DNA from: Elusimicrobiota bacterium
GTDB lineage: Bacteria; Elusimicrobiota; Elusimicrobia; UBA1565; UBA9628
NCBI GenBank assembly: GCA_016212855.1
Contig: JACRDP010000010.1
Coordinates: forward strand, 174,622-238,621
Direction of reading: 5' to 3'
Length of the DNA stretch: 64,000 nucleotides
Shown: piece by piece, positions 40,508 to 50,584 of the stretch
Layout: each line of letters opens with the position of its first letter
Numbering within the stretch: position 1 is the stretch's first letter
Made by a program: the position numbers and the translations under genes
Notes under the pieces: generated by a model
The model's input: only the letters and a program-made list of their open reading frames with translations
Databases searched by the model: none
What the model was told of the DNA's origin: nothing

Positions 40508-41182
40508 ATGCCTCGGCCTCTCGAAGAGGTCGTCGGGTACCGGTTTAAGGATCCCGCCCTGCTCAAGCAGGCGCTGTCGCACAAGTCGTTCGCCAGCGAA
40601 AGCGGAAGCGGGATCTATAACGAGCGGTTGGAGTTTTTAGGCGACAGCGTTCTCGCCTCGGTGGTCGCGCACGCCGTGTACTCGGGCTATCCGGACGAGC
40701 CTGAGGGCAACCTCTCCAAAAAGAAGTCTCTGCTCGTCTCGAGGCCCAGCCTCGCCCAATGGGGCGAGGATCTGGGCATCGGAGCCCACCTCCACCTCGG
40801 CGTCGGCGAGGAGTCGACCGGCGGACGTACGCGGCAAAGCCTTCTGGCCAACTCGGTCGAGGCCCTGATCGGGGCCATCTACCTCGACGGCGGCTATGAG
40901 GCGTCGGCCAAGTTCATCCGCGCATGGTACGAAGAGCGCCATGGCTCGTTGCTCGAGACCGATCACAAGAGCAAGCTGCAGGAAATTCTTCAAAAGCGGC
41001 ACAAGTCGCCGCCGACGTACGAGACGGCCTCCGCCACCGGGCCGGATCACGACAAGGTCTTCTCGATCACGGTGCGCATCGGAGAACGCGAGCTCGGCCG
41101 GGGAACCGGCAAGAGCAAGAAGGAAGCCGAGCAGGCCGCGGCCTGCGACGCGCTGAAGAAGATGGACAGGGGGGACTTATGA
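40508..41182 (+). CDS. rnc: Ribonuclease III
   Basis: 224 aa. NERLEFLGDSVL signature and a C-terminal dsRBD (GPDHDKVFSITVRIG...GTGKSKKEAEQAAA). Confidence 0.9.
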   Translation: MPRPLEEVVGYRFKDPALLKQALSHKSFASESGSGIYNERLEFLGDSVLASVVAHAVYSGYPDEPEGNLSKKKSLLVSRPSLAQWGEDLGIGAHLHLGVGEESTGGRTRQSLLANSVEALIGAIYLDGGYEASAKFIRAWYEERHGSLLETDHKSKLQEILQKRHKSPPTYETASATGPDHDKVFSITVRIGERELGRGTGKSKKEAEQAAACDALKKMDRGDL

Positions 41183-42432
41183 GCTACATTTACGAGCTGA
41201 CCGAGACTCAGAAAGAAATCCAGAATTTGGCGTGGCAGATCGCCGTTCGCGACATCAAGCCCGTGCGCGAGCAGCTCGACGAGCAGGAAAAGTTCCCCTG
41301 GGAAGTGGTCAAGAAGATGGCCGCGGCCGACCTGTACTCCGTCTACCTCCCCGAGGCGTACGGCGGCATGGGCGGCGGCCTCGCCGAGCAGGTGCTCGTC
41401 ATCGAGCAGCTCTCCCGCGCGTGCGGCGGCATCGCGCTCGCGTTCGCCGCCTCCGGCCTCGGCGTGCTCCCGATCCTGCTCTTGGGCAACCCCGAGCAGC
41501 GCGCCCGCTTCATCCCCGACCTCGCGTCGGGCAAGAAGCTCGCCGCGTTCTCCATCACCGAGGCGAACGCCGGCTCCGACGCGACCGCGACGGAGTGCAC
41601 GGCCAAGCTCGACGGCGACCACTACATCTTGAACGGCTCGAAGATCTTCGTGTCGAACGGCGAGGTCGCCGAGACCTACGTCGTCTTCGCGACGACCAAC
41701 CGCTCCCGCGGCGCGCGCGGCGTCACCGCGTTCGTCGTTGAGAAGGGCACGCCCGGCTTCGGCTTCGGCAAGAAAGAGCACAAGATGGGCATCCGGGCCA
41801 ACCCGACCTATCAGCTCGACTTCCAGAACTGCCGCGTGCCGGTCAAGAACCGCCTCTACAAAGAGGGCTACGGCCTGTTCACGGCGCAGACGACCTTCGA
41901 CTGCTCGCGCCCCGGCGTGGCCGCGCAGGCACTGGGCATCGCGCAGGGCGCGCTCGATGAGACCGTGTCCTACATCCGCCAGCGCCGCCAGTTCGGCCAG
42001 CCGATCTCGAGCTTCCAGGCCATCCAGCACATGATGGCCAACTGCGCCACGCAGATCGAGATGAGCCGGGCGCTGCTCTACACCACGGCGAAGGCGATGG
42101 ACAAGTACATGCTGCCCATCTACAAGAAGGCTATCGACGAGAACGCGATCGTCTACGACGTGCTCCAGGCCGGCGACGGCAAGCGCTGGACGAAGGAATC
42201 GGCCATGTGCAAGCTGTCCTGCTCCGACACCGCGATGTTCGTCACCAACGAATGCGTTCAGATGTGCGGCGGCATCGGCTACATGCGCGACTTCCCCGTC
42301 GAGAAGTTCATGCGCGACGCGAAGATCACGCAGATCTACGAAGGCACCAACCAGATCCAGCGCAACGAGATCGCCGCGATGATGATCAAGGAAGCCGCCT
42401 CCGCGACCAAGCCGGAAGCCGTGGCCGCCTAA
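41179..42432 (+). CDS. Acyl-CoA dehydrogenase
   Basis: 417 aa from ATG 41179 (ATGA overlap with rnc). AAFSITEANAGSD, IYEGTNQIQRNEIA. Confidence 0.85.
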   Translation: MSYIYELTETQKEIQNLAWQIAVRDIKPVREQLDEQEKFPWEVVKKMAAADLYSVYLPEAYGGMGGGLAEQVLVIEQLSRACGGIALAFAASGLGVLPILLLGNPEQRARFIPDLASGKKLAAFSITEANAGSDATATECTAKLDGDHYILNGSKIFVSNGEVAETYVVFATTNRSRGARGVTAFVVEKGTPGFGFGKKEHKMGIRANPTYQLDFQNCRVPVKNRLYKEGYGLFTAQTTFDCSRPGVAAQALGIAQGALDETVSYIRQRRQFGQPISSFQAIQHMMANCATQIEMSRALLYTTAKAMDKYMLPIYKKAIDENAIVYDVLQAGDGKRWTKESAMCKLSCSDTAMFVTNECVQMCGGIGYMRDFPVEKFMRDAKITQIYEGTNQIQRNEIAAMMIKEAASATKPEAVAA

Positions 42433-44868
42433 ATGGCCTCCTCGGACCGGGAGTTCCTCGGCTGCGGGCGCAGGCTCGCGGTCGAGGGCTCCGGTCCGGG
42501 GGTGCAGTCCGCCCTCTTGGGCGTGCCGCCGGTTTATACCCCCGACCGGCCCTTCGATACGGTCCATGTCTTTCTGGACCTGAACGTCGACCTCAAGAAA
42601 AAGAAGCTAGCCGGCTTCTGCCGCACGAAGGTGAAGCCGCTGCGGGCCGGCTTACGATCCCTGTCGTTTAACGCTGTCGACCTGAAGATATCCAAAGTCT
42701 TCTTCGATGGAAAGGCTGCGCGATTTAAAAACGGCGGGGGGAACCTTGTCGTCACAACCCCTAAGGTCCTGATCGAAGGCGATGAGCACGAGGTCGAGGT
42801 CCGGTACTCGGTTGCAAATCCCGAATCCGGTCTTCACTTCGTCCAGAATCCCTCCCAAATGTGGTCGCAGAGCCAACCGGAAGACGCGCGGCGGTGGTTC
42901 CCCTGCCACGACACTCCCGGGGAAAAGGCCACATCCGAGATACGGGCCACCGTTCCGGCCGGCTTCCGCGCCGTCTCCAACGGCATCCTGCTCGATCACT
43001 CCAAGTCCGGCTCCAAAGAAGTCTGGCACTGGAAGATGGACCGCCCGCACTCGATTTATTTGATCACGCTTGCCGTGGCGCGCTTCGCCGAGGTCGTGGA
43101 GGATTGGGACGGGATCCCCGTCGTCTATTACTGCGAAAAGGGCCGCGAGGCCGACGCCAGGCGCGGCTTCGGCAAGACCGCGGCGGCGATGAAAATCCTC
43201 TCCGAGAAAACCGGCGTGCGCTATCCCTACGCGCGTTACGCCCAGGTCGCCGTCGCCGAGTACCCGGGCGGGATGGAGCACACCACCGCGACGACCCAGA
43301 CCGACGCGTGCCTCATCGACAAGCAGGCCTTCGTCGATCACGATCTCGATACCCTCGTCGCGCATGAGCTTGCGCACCAATGGTTCGGCGACCTCGTGAC
43401 CTGCGCCGAGTGGCCGCACGCCTGGCTCAACGAGGGCTTCGCCACCTATTCCGAGGTCGTTTTTCTCGATGAGGAAAAAGGCCGCGACGAGGCGCTCTAC
43501 GAGTTGCTCCAGAACCGCCGCATCTACCTCGACGAGGACGCAGGCCGCTACCGGCGCGCGATCGTGTGCCGCACCTACACCGACCCGTGGACGATCTTCG
43601 ACCGACACCTCTATGAGAAGGGCTGCTGGGTGCTGCGCATGCTCCACCTCGAGCTGGGCGATCACCTGTTCTGGAAAGGCGTCAACCTTTGGCTCACGCG
43701 CCACCGCGACGCCGTCGCGGAGACGCAGGACCTCGTCGCCGCCTTCGAGGACGCCTCGGGCCGCGGCCTCCAGTCTTTCTTCGATCAGTGGGTGTACCGC
43801 TCCGGCCACCCGGCCCTGCGCCTGCGTTGGTCCTGGGACGCGAAAAAGAAGAAGGGAGAACTGCACGTCACCCAGACCCAGGACGTCTCCGATGCCGCGC
43901 GCGCCTACAAGCTCAAGGCCAAGATTCGCGTCGTCGGTCGCGGCTGGACGAAGAACTTCACCGAGACGATCGATCAGAAAGAACATCGTTTTGTCTGGAC
44001 GCTGCCCGGGGAGCCGCTCGACGTCGAATTCGATCCCGAGCTCGAGATTCTGGCCTCCGTCAAGTTCGCCAAGCCCCACTCCTACTGGCTGCGCCAGCTG
44101 CGGTCCGGGTTGACCTCCGTTTCCCGCCTGCAGGCCGCCTCCCACGTCGCGTCCTGGGGCGGAGCCGGGGCGATCGCGGAGCTCGAGGCCGCCGCCGCAC
44201 GCGAGAAATTCTGGGGCGCGGCCTCGGAGATTGTCTCCGCGCTCGGCTCCGTCTCCGGGCAGAAGGCCGTGCCCGCGCTCCGCCGCCTTCTGCGCAAGCT
44301 CAAGAACTCCAAAGTCCGCCGCGCCGTCATCGCCCAGCTCGGCGTCCGCGGCACGGCCGCGGACGCTTCGATCCTAGCGCCGGTCGCGCGTTCCGGCCGC
44401 AGCCTCCTCGAGAGAGCGGAGGCGACCGTGGCCGTCGGGCGACTCGACTACGCCCGCCACAAGAGCCTCATCGCCGGGAATATCAAGGCTTCGACCTACC
44501 GCGACGGCGTCTCCGCCGCGGCCGTGTCCGCCGTGGCCGCGTCCCGCGACGCGGGAGCCGGGAAGCTCCTGCTCGCCGCGCTCAAGCCCTCGCACAGCTA
44601 CGGGGCGCGCGTCGCCGCGATTCGGGGCCTCGCCGACTACGCTTCGGCCTTGCCCGGGGCCGTGCCCGCCTTGCTGGAGCTCTTGAACGAATCCGACGAG
44701 CGCATCAGCCTGATCGCCTGCGCGGCCTTAGGGCGCACGGGAGATGAACGGGCGCTGCCCGCCCTCGAGAAGGCCGCCAAGTCCGCCGGCAACCCGCGCA
44801 TCCGCGTGTACGCGACGGAGTCCGTCGCGCGCATCAAGGCCGGCAGCAAGACGAAGAGCAGGCTCTAG
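42433..44868 (+). CDS. M1-family aminopeptidase (PepN-like) with C-terminal HEAT-like repeats
   Basis: 811 aa. GGMEHTT, HELAHQWFGD...WLNEGFATY zinc motif. Confidence 0.85.
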   Translation: MASSDREFLGCGRRLAVEGSGPGVQSALLGVPPVYTPDRPFDTVHVFLDLNVDLKKKKLAGFCRTKVKPLRAGLRSLSFNAVDLKISKVFFDGKAARFKNGGGNLVVTTPKVLIEGDEHEVEVRYSVANPESGLHFVQNPSQMWSQSQPEDARRWFPCHDTPGEKATSEIRATVPAGFRAVSNGILLDHSKSGSKEVWHWKMDRPHSIYLITLAVARFAEVVEDWDGIPVVYYCEKGREADARRGFGKTAAAMKILSEKTGVRYPYARYAQVAVAEYPGGMEHTTATTQTDACLIDKQAFVDHDLDTLVAHELAHQWFGDLVTCAEWPHAWLNEGFATYSEVVFLDEEKGRDEALYELLQNRRIYLDEDAGRYRRAIVCRTYTDPWTIFDRHLYEKGCWVLRMLHLELGDHLFWKGVNLWLTRHRDAVAETQDLVAAFEDASGRGLQSFFDQWVYRSGHPALRLRWSWDAKKKKGELHVTQTQDVSDAARAYKLKAKIRVVGRGWTKNFTETIDQKEHRFVWTLPGEPLDVEFDPELEILASVKFAKPHSYWLRQLRSGLTSVSRLQAASHVASWGGAGAIAELEAAAAREKFWGAASEIVSALGSVSGQKAVPALRRLLRKLKNSKVRRAVIAQLGVRGTAADASILAPVARSGRSLLERAEATVAVGRLDYARHKSLIAGNIKASTYRDGVSAAAVSAVAASRDAGAGKLLLAALKPSHSYGARVAAIRGLADYASALPGAVPALLELLNESDERISLIACAALGRTGDERALPALEKAAKSAGNPRIRVYATESVARIKAGSKTKSRL

Positions 44869-44899
44869 AGGATATAAGGCTTTCCGCTGCGTCCTCTGT

Positions 44900-44920
44900 G
44901 CCGGGCGTCTCGCGCCCGGC
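44900..44920. terminator. GC hairpin between convergent genes (possible bidirectional terminator)
   Basis: GCCGGGCG-tctcg-CGCCCGGC. No clear T tract. Confidence 0.35.
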
Positions 44921-44928
44921 CGGCCCGC

Positions 44929-45984
44929 TCAGAGATCCTTCTTGCCGAACTTCCAGCCCAGCCCCAGCCGGAACGCCTCGCCGAGCGCGCCCAGGGGCTG
45001 AAACGCCAGATCGAAGGTGAAGCCGTTGACGCGCACCCCGGTGCCCACGGTGAGCCCCGATAGCGGGCCCAGGTCGGGAGCGCTGCGGCCCTGGAAGCCG
45101 ACGCGGCCGATGGCGTAGACGCCCTTGGACACGGTCCTCTCCCACTCCGCGCCCAGCTTCGCGTAGGGCCGCGCGTGCAGAGGGACGACGGCCTCGGCCG
45201 AGGTGATCACATGACCTTTCTCGGGCTCCCAGTCGTGCGCGAGCGCGAACGACAGCTCGAAAGGCAGCGGCTCGGAGTCCCGCAGATAATGCAGGCGCCC
45301 GCCCGCGTTGCGAAACGCCCACGCCATCGCCAGCGCGGGCCTCGTCGACGGGCGATAGACGACGCCGCCGTCGCCGGAGGCCGTGGTCGCCGAGCGCGTG
45401 CCCAGGGTCTCGCTGACGACCTTGATCGCCGCACCCGCCCGGAACGACCCGGTCCATGGCTCGCGCTCATCGTCTTCATAGCGCCGCCCGGTCCCGGCCA
45501 GATTCCACGTGTCGCGGAAATAGCCGCGGTCTTTCGTCACGTTGTCCTCCTCGGTGAAGGCGCGCGCGTAGCCGAAGGAGAAAGCCTCGGAGTGCGGCGA
45601 GAACGAGCCGCGCTGGATGCCGACGTTGTCGACCTGCGGGATAGACCCCTGGGAGAGCCGGGTGAAGGCGAAGCCGAGCGCGCCTCCGGACCAGTGCGCG
45701 GGAAAGGCCAGCGCCGCGTAGTCGTGGTGCACCGTGTCCGGGAGCTCCGCGCGCGCGTACGACAGCTCGAGGCCGCGCGCGGCCGCGATGCCGGCCGGAT
45801 TCCAGTACATGGCCTCGGGTCCTTCGGCGTTCGCGGTCACGGCCTCGCCCATCCCCAGGGCCCGCGCGCCGGCTCCGATCTTCAGGAACTGGGCGCCGTT
45901 GACGCCGGCGTCGGTCGCAAACGCCGCCAGCGCCGGCCGGGCCGGACCGAGGAGCAGCAGCGCGACGAGTGCCGGGCGCCTCAT
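44929..45984 (-). CDS. PorV/PorQ-family outer-membrane beta-barrel protein
   Basis: Trimmed from ORF 44929..46368 to ATG 45984 (ATGA overlap with the protease stop). 351 aa. Signal peptide MRRPALVALLLLGPARPALA, N-terminal GAQFLKIGAGARALGMGEAVTANAEGPEAMYWNPAGIA typical of PorV/PorQ, C-terminal aromatic-rich barrel end. Confidence 0.7.
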   Translation of the reverse strand: MRRPALVALLLLGPARPALAAFATDAGVNGAQFLKIGAGARALGMGEAVTANAEGPEAMYWNPAGIAAARGLELSYARAELPDTVHHDYAALAFPAHWSGGALGFAFTRLSQGSIPQVDNVGIQRGSFSPHSEAFSFGYARAFTEEDNVTKDRGYFRDTWNLAGTGRRYEDDEREPWTGSFRAGAAIKVVSETLGTRSATTASGDGGVVYRPSTRPALAMAWAFRNAGGRLHYLRDSEPLPFELSFALAHDWEPEKGHVITSAEAVVPLHARPYAKLGAEWERTVSKGVYAIGRVGFQGRSAPDLGPLSGLTVGTGVRVNGFTFDLAFQPLGALGEAFRLGLGWKFGKKDL

Positions 45985-48900
45985 CGGATGAGCACCACCC
46001 GGCGAACCTTGCGCGCTCCGCCGCCCTCGATGATCGCGTAATACGTGCCGCTCGCGCAGTTGCGCCCGTGGCTGTTGCGCCCGTCCCAGGTCAGCACGCC
46101 GTTGGCGGCCGCCGTGCCTTCCCAAACCTGCTCGCCGGTCAGAGACAGGACCCGGATCTTGGTGCCGTCCGGAAAATTCGCGAACGTCAGCGCCTGCGAG
46201 CCGTAGGCGCCGTTGGGCTCGCCGACCTCCCACGGCTGAGGAAACACCACGCCGTCGGACACCGAGCCGCCGGCCGCGGCGAAGAAGGGCGAGTAGGAGG
46301 AGAAATGATCGAGCGTGGCGACGATCTGGTTGGCGGACGTATCCGCGGCGGAGGGAACCAAGGTCCACAGAGCCGAGGCCTCGTCATAACGCGCGATCAG
46401 CAACTTCCGGGGATCGGCGCCGAGCGGCAGCAGGAGCGGATCGTAGGACATCGCCAACCGTACGGGCTTGAGGGGCTGAATGCCGCCGGCCGAGATGTCG
46501 ATGCCCACCGAGCTTCCGAGCGCGGTGAGCTTGGCGACCGCGCTGGGCGGGTTGGTCAGATCCTGGGTCACTCCGGCGAGCATCGTCACGACCGTGCCCG
46601 GAGCGAACGCCCCGGCCGGAATCGTCACGTTCACGGCGGGGGCCACCAGGAACGACGGAGGCAAGGTCAAGGTCAGCCCGGAGCCGGTGACCGTGCCGGA
46701 CGAGAGCATCGGGGTGCCGGTTCTCGTGGAGCCGATCACGAGGTAATTCGGATTGCCCTCCCAGTCGAGCGCGGCCACGCGCATGTAATACAGCGTCCCG
46801 TAGGCGAGTCCGGTGAAGGTGGCCGTCGATTGCGCCGTCGTCGCCGTGACCGAGCGCAGGATAGGCGAGAAGCCGGGCGTCACCGACAGTTCGGCGAGAT
46901 AGCCCTCGCAGGCCGCGGGCTGGGGCGCGAGCGGCAGCGCCGTCCACGCCACGGTCACGCTCGCCACGCCGATCGTGGTAAACGGCGACCCCGCGGCGCC
47001 GGGCGCGTTCGCCAAAGTCGAGCCCGAGCCGATCGCCGTCCAGGACCCGTCCGGCGTCGGGGGGTTGAGGCTGAGCGCGCGCACGCGCAGGTAGTGCAAG
47101 GTGTTCGCCGGAAGCGCCGAGACCGTCGCGGTGACGTTGAGCGTCGTCGAGGAGCCGGCGATCAAGGAGAAGTTGGCGAACGACGAGGCCTGCACGACGT
47201 ACTGCGTGCCGGGGCCCAACGTCGAGGCCGACCACGAAGTCGACAGGGAAGACGTCGTGCGCGCGCTGACCGCGGCTCCCGGCGCGCCCGGCGCGACGAC
47301 GGTCGTGCCGGTGGAGACCGCGGCGGTGAAAGCGGTCGGCGAACCCGAAAGATTCAAGGCCGCGACGGCGGCGTAGTAGAGTCGGTTCGAGTTCAGGCCG
47401 CTGAAGGCCGTGAACGTGCTCGTGATGTTCACGCTCCCGGCGAGGGCCCCGAAGCCGGGGTCCGTCGAGATCCGGACGACATAGACCGTGCCGGCCGGAT
47501 TGCCGCCGCCGTTGAACGAGAACGTAAATCCGTCCGGGCCGACGTTCGAGAACGGGGCCGCGGGCAGGGTCGGGTCGAGAACAAAGGTCGGCGTCGAGCC
47601 GAACGTCGTGTAGGCGCTCGCGATGCCGCCGTGGGAAATCGCCAGGGCGCGGGTGTAATAGAGGGTGTTGGGCGTCAGACCGCCGAACGTCGCGAAGACG
47701 TTGCGGGTGATCGAGGACGCGAGCACGGGGACGAAAGAGGCTGAAACGGAGATATCGGCCTGGTACAAGGTGTCGCCCGCGTTGCCTCCCGAGGACCAGG
47801 CGACCGTGAAGCCGGTTTGCGTGACCCCGGAATACGGCGCGGTGGAGAGGCCCGGATTCGTCGCGATCGTCGGCGTGGGGGGGGCGCCGACGATGAGGTA
47901 GGGCCCGCCGACCGCCTGCACGCGGAAGTAGTAGCTCGTGTTCGTCGCCAGACCCGAGAGAATCGCGAAGGCGTTCTTCGTCGCGCTGCTGAGGACGGTC
48001 CCGGAGAACGACGCGGCCGTCGACGCCTCGGCGAGATAGGTCAGCCCCGGGGCGTTGCCGGCCGTGTTCCAGTCGAAGCGGATCGTCGAGGTCGTCGCGC
48101 CGCTTAACGACGGGTTGATGGGCGCGACGAGATCGGTCAACGTCGTCGATTTCACGGCCCCGGTCGCGGCCGGGGCCGCGTAGAAGTTCAAGGTCGACTG
48201 GCGGAAATAATACGTCGTCAGCGCCTGCAGTCCCGTCACCTGAAGCGACGAGTTCGCGCGGTTGAGCGTCGTCGCCGAGAACACCGTGCCGGTCAGGTTC
48301 GCGGCGGTCGAGGCTTCGACCGCGTAGCCCCAGCACGACACCGCAGCCGGCGACGGGGGGCACACCGTCCACGAGACGGTCACGCTGTCGATGTGCGGCG
48401 TCACCGTGGGCAAAGCCGCGGGCGGCGCGGGGTAGGTCGACGTGCTGGCGAACCCGGACGGGCCGTCGACGCCCGCGCCGCTGCCTTTGACGATCACGCC
48501 CGTCGTGGTGTTCGTCTGCAGCGCGGTCTGGGTGTACGTCAGCGCCGAGACCGACGCGAGACGTGAGGCGGGGTTGGTCGCGTAGTAGAGCGAGTAGGCG
48601 TCGGCGCCCGTCACCGCGCTCCAGGTCCAGGTGATCGAACTGACGCCCAGCGCCGTCCCGCTGAGGCCGGTGGGGGGGACCACCGGCTGCGGGCTCGCGT
48701 TGACCTTGCCGTAGCCCCACGCGCCGTTGGGCACGGAGCCGGTCGCGCCGTCCGTCTTCGCCGCCGTGCGCAGCAACGAGCGCAGGCCCGCGACGGTGAT
48801 TCCGGGATTCCACTGCAGCCGCGCCGCGAGGATGCCCGCGACGACGGGCGACGCCATGCTCGTGCCTCGGTTGACGCGGTGCTTCCCGTCGGGCGTGACG

Positions 48901-50576
48901 TAGGGGGCGCCGGGGTAGGCCACCGGGTCCGTCGACAGGGCCGAGATGAGCATTTCGCCCGGAGCCGCGACGTCGGGCTGCTGACGTCCGTCGCGCGTCG
49001 GCCCCTGGGAGCTGAAGACGGACAGGTTCCCGGGCGTCGCCGTGTTGCCGAAGGCGTAGGGGCCGAGCCCGTCGATCGAGTCCCAAAATTTCCTCGAGAC
49101 GTACGAGGCGGCGCCGAAGACGTTCTGCGCGCACGCCGGCTCGCCGAGCGTCATCGTGTTGTCCACGTTCGAGCTGTAGCTCGTCGAGCTGATGTCCACC
49201 CAGCCGTCGACCCGGCCGGTGCCGCCGTTGCTCGTGCGCGCGATGGAGACGCTGACCGCCGCCGCGGTGATCCCGACGCCGGTGAGCCGTTCGATTTCGA
49301 CGTAGATCTGCTTGTGGCCGAGCGGATGCGCGGGATTGACGCCGTTGTAGATGCGGATCGTGTGCCCGCCCAGAAGGCCCCCCGTGCTCGAGCCGGCGAC
49401 GGCGAAAGTGCTGCCGCCGATGCCCGCCAGGCTCACCGTCGCCGTATAGGCGTCGCCGCCCGGATGCCAGAGTTCGACGTCGGCGAAGGCGGTCTGGTAG
49501 TCCACGCCGATGGTGAAGACGGTGGAGCCGCCGGAGCCGACGGTCGCGCTCGCGTGCGGCTTGTCGCCGCCCTCGTTGCCCATCGCGACGACGACGGGCG
49601 TACTCGCCGCGACGGCCGCGACCCCGGTCTCGAACGTCGAGGTGCCGTCATGGGGCCCGTACTGGGAGCCGAGGCTGAGGTTGATCACCGCGCGCTTGCC
49701 CGCCGCGGCCGCCTTCGCGACGATGTAGTTCATGCCGTTGACGATGCCGGTCAGCGAGAAGTCCGTGCGGACCATCACGATGTCCGCCGACGGCGCCATG
49801 CCCATGTACCCGCCCGTCTCGGTGCCGTCGCTGGCGGCGATGCCGGCGACGTGCGTCCCGTGACCGACGTCGTCGGTCGTGTTGATGACGACGACGCCGC
49901 CCTGTATCTTGCTGGTCAGCTGGGCGTTCGTGTATTCGGCGCCGTACGTGAAGCCCGCCGGAAACGGGCCGCTCGCGTGCGAGCTGATCGTCTGGTCCCA
50001 AATGCTGAGAATGCGCGAGGTGTTCGGACCGTCGTTGATGAAGTCCTTGTGCGTGTAGTCGATGCCCGTGTCCACGATGCCGACGACGACGCCGGCGCCC
50101 GTCGCGTTGGTCAGGTCGCTCGCGGCCGCGCCGTAGATCGCTCCCAGCGCGAGTCCGCTCGCGCTCGAGCTCGAGCGCACGACGTTCATCGACGGATGCG
50201 CGTAGACCGCGTGCTCGATCGCCTGCACGCGCCCGTCGAGGGCGAGCGCGTCGATCGCCGCGTCGCTCAACCGCGCCGCGACGACGTCGCCGGCCTGGCT
50301 GTCGAGTTCGGCGGACGGGAAGGCGGCCCGCAGAGCCGCGAGCGGCGTTCCCGGGGAGACGCGGATCAGCACGTTGCGCAACGGACCGGCCGCCGGCGCG
50401 CCGCCGCCGGCGCCGAGGGGGGAGTACCCGCCGCCGCCCCCGCCGCCTAAAGCGGCGGAAGCGCTTCTACGCGCGCGTAAACGCGCGTCGAGCTTCGAGG
50501 CCTGCGCCGCCGCGGACACCGACAAAGACGCGGCGAGCAGGGCCCCGAGCATCAACGGCATGCTCCGGATGACCAT
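45981..50576 (-). CDS. Secreted subtilisin-family (S8) serine protease with ~8 Fn3-like repeats and a FlgD-Ig/T9SS-type C-terminal domain
   Basis: 1531 aa. Signal peptide, triad motifs GIVDTGID, HGTHVAGIAAS, GTSMASPVVAG. Repeated ~95-aa units with (L/T)YY.R motifs roughly at nt 46590-48660. C-terminal ...GTKIRVLSLTGEQVW...GVLTWDGRNSHGRNCASGTYYAII. Confidence 0.85.
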   Translation of the reverse strand: MVIRSMPLMLGALLAASLSVSAAAQASKLDARLRARRSASAALGGGGGGGYSPLGAGGGAPAAGPLRNVLIRVSPGTPLAALRAAFPSAELDSQAGDVVAARLSDAAIDALALDGRVQAIEHAVYAHPSMNVVRSSSSASGLALGAIYGAAASDLTNATGAGVVVGIVDTGIDYTHKDFINDGPNTSRILSIWDQTISSHASGPFPAGFTYGAEYTNAQLTSKIQGGVVVINTTDDVGHGTHVAGIAASDGTETGGYMGMAPSADIVMVRTDFSLTGIVNGMNYIVAKAAAAGKRAVINLSLGSQYGPHDGTSTFETGVAAVAASTPVVVAMGNEGGDKPHASATVGSGGSTVFTIGVDYQTAFADVELWHPGGDAYTATVSLAGIGGSTFAVAGSSTGGLLGGHTIRIYNGVNPAHPLGHKQIYVEIERLTGVGITAAAVSVSIARTSNGGTGRVDGWVDISSTSYSSNVDNTMTLGEPACAQNVFGAASYVSRKFWDSIDGLGPYAFGNTATPGNLSVFSSQGPTRDGRQQPDVAAPGEMLISALSTDPVAYPGAPYVTPDGKHRVNRGTSMASPVVAGILAARLQWNPGITVAGLRSLLRTAAKTDGATGSVPNGAWGYGKVNASPQPVVPPTGLSGTALGVSSITWTWSAVTGADAYSLYYATNPASRLASVSALTYTQTALQTNTTTGVIVKGSGAGVDGPSGFASTSTYPAPPAALPTVTPHIDSVTVSWTVCPPSPAAVSCWGYAVEASTAANLTGTVFSATTLNRANSSLQVTGLQALTTYYFRQSTLNFYAAPAATGAVKSTTLTDLVAPINPSLSGATTSTIRFDWNTAGNAPGLTYLAEASTAASFSGTVLSSATKNAFAILSGLATNTSYYFRVQAVGGPYLIVGAPPTPTIATNPGLSTAPYSGVTQTGFTVAWSSGGNAGDTLYQADISVSASFVPVLASSITRNVFATFGGLTPNTLYYTRALAISHGGIASAYTTFGSTPTFVLDPTLPAAPFSNVGPDGFTFSFNGGGNPAGTVYVVRISTDPGFGALAGSVNITSTFTAFSGLNSNRLYYAAVAALNLSGSPTAFTAAVSTGTTVVAPGAPGAAVSARTTSSLSTSWSASTLGPGTQYVVQASSFANFSLIAGSSTTLNVTATVSALPANTLHYLRVRALSLNPPTPDGSWTAIGSGSTLANAPGAAGSPFTTIGVASVTVAWTALPLAPQPAACEGYLAELSVTPGFSPILRSVTATTAQSTATFTGLAYGTLYYMRVAALDWEGNPNYLVIGSTRTGTPMLSSGTVTGSGLTLTLPPSFLVAPAVNVTIPAGAFAPGTVVTMLAGVTQDLTNPPSAVAKLTALGSSVGIDISAGGIQPLKPVRLAMSYDPLLLPLGADPRKLLIARYDEASALWTLVPSAADTSANQIVATLDHFSSYSPFFAAAGGSVSDGVVFPQPWEVGEPNGAYGSQALTFANFPDGTKIRVLSLTGEQVWEGTAAANGVLTWDGRNSHGRNCASGTYYAIIEGGGARKVRRVVLIR

Positions 50577-50584
50577 CTCCCGAC

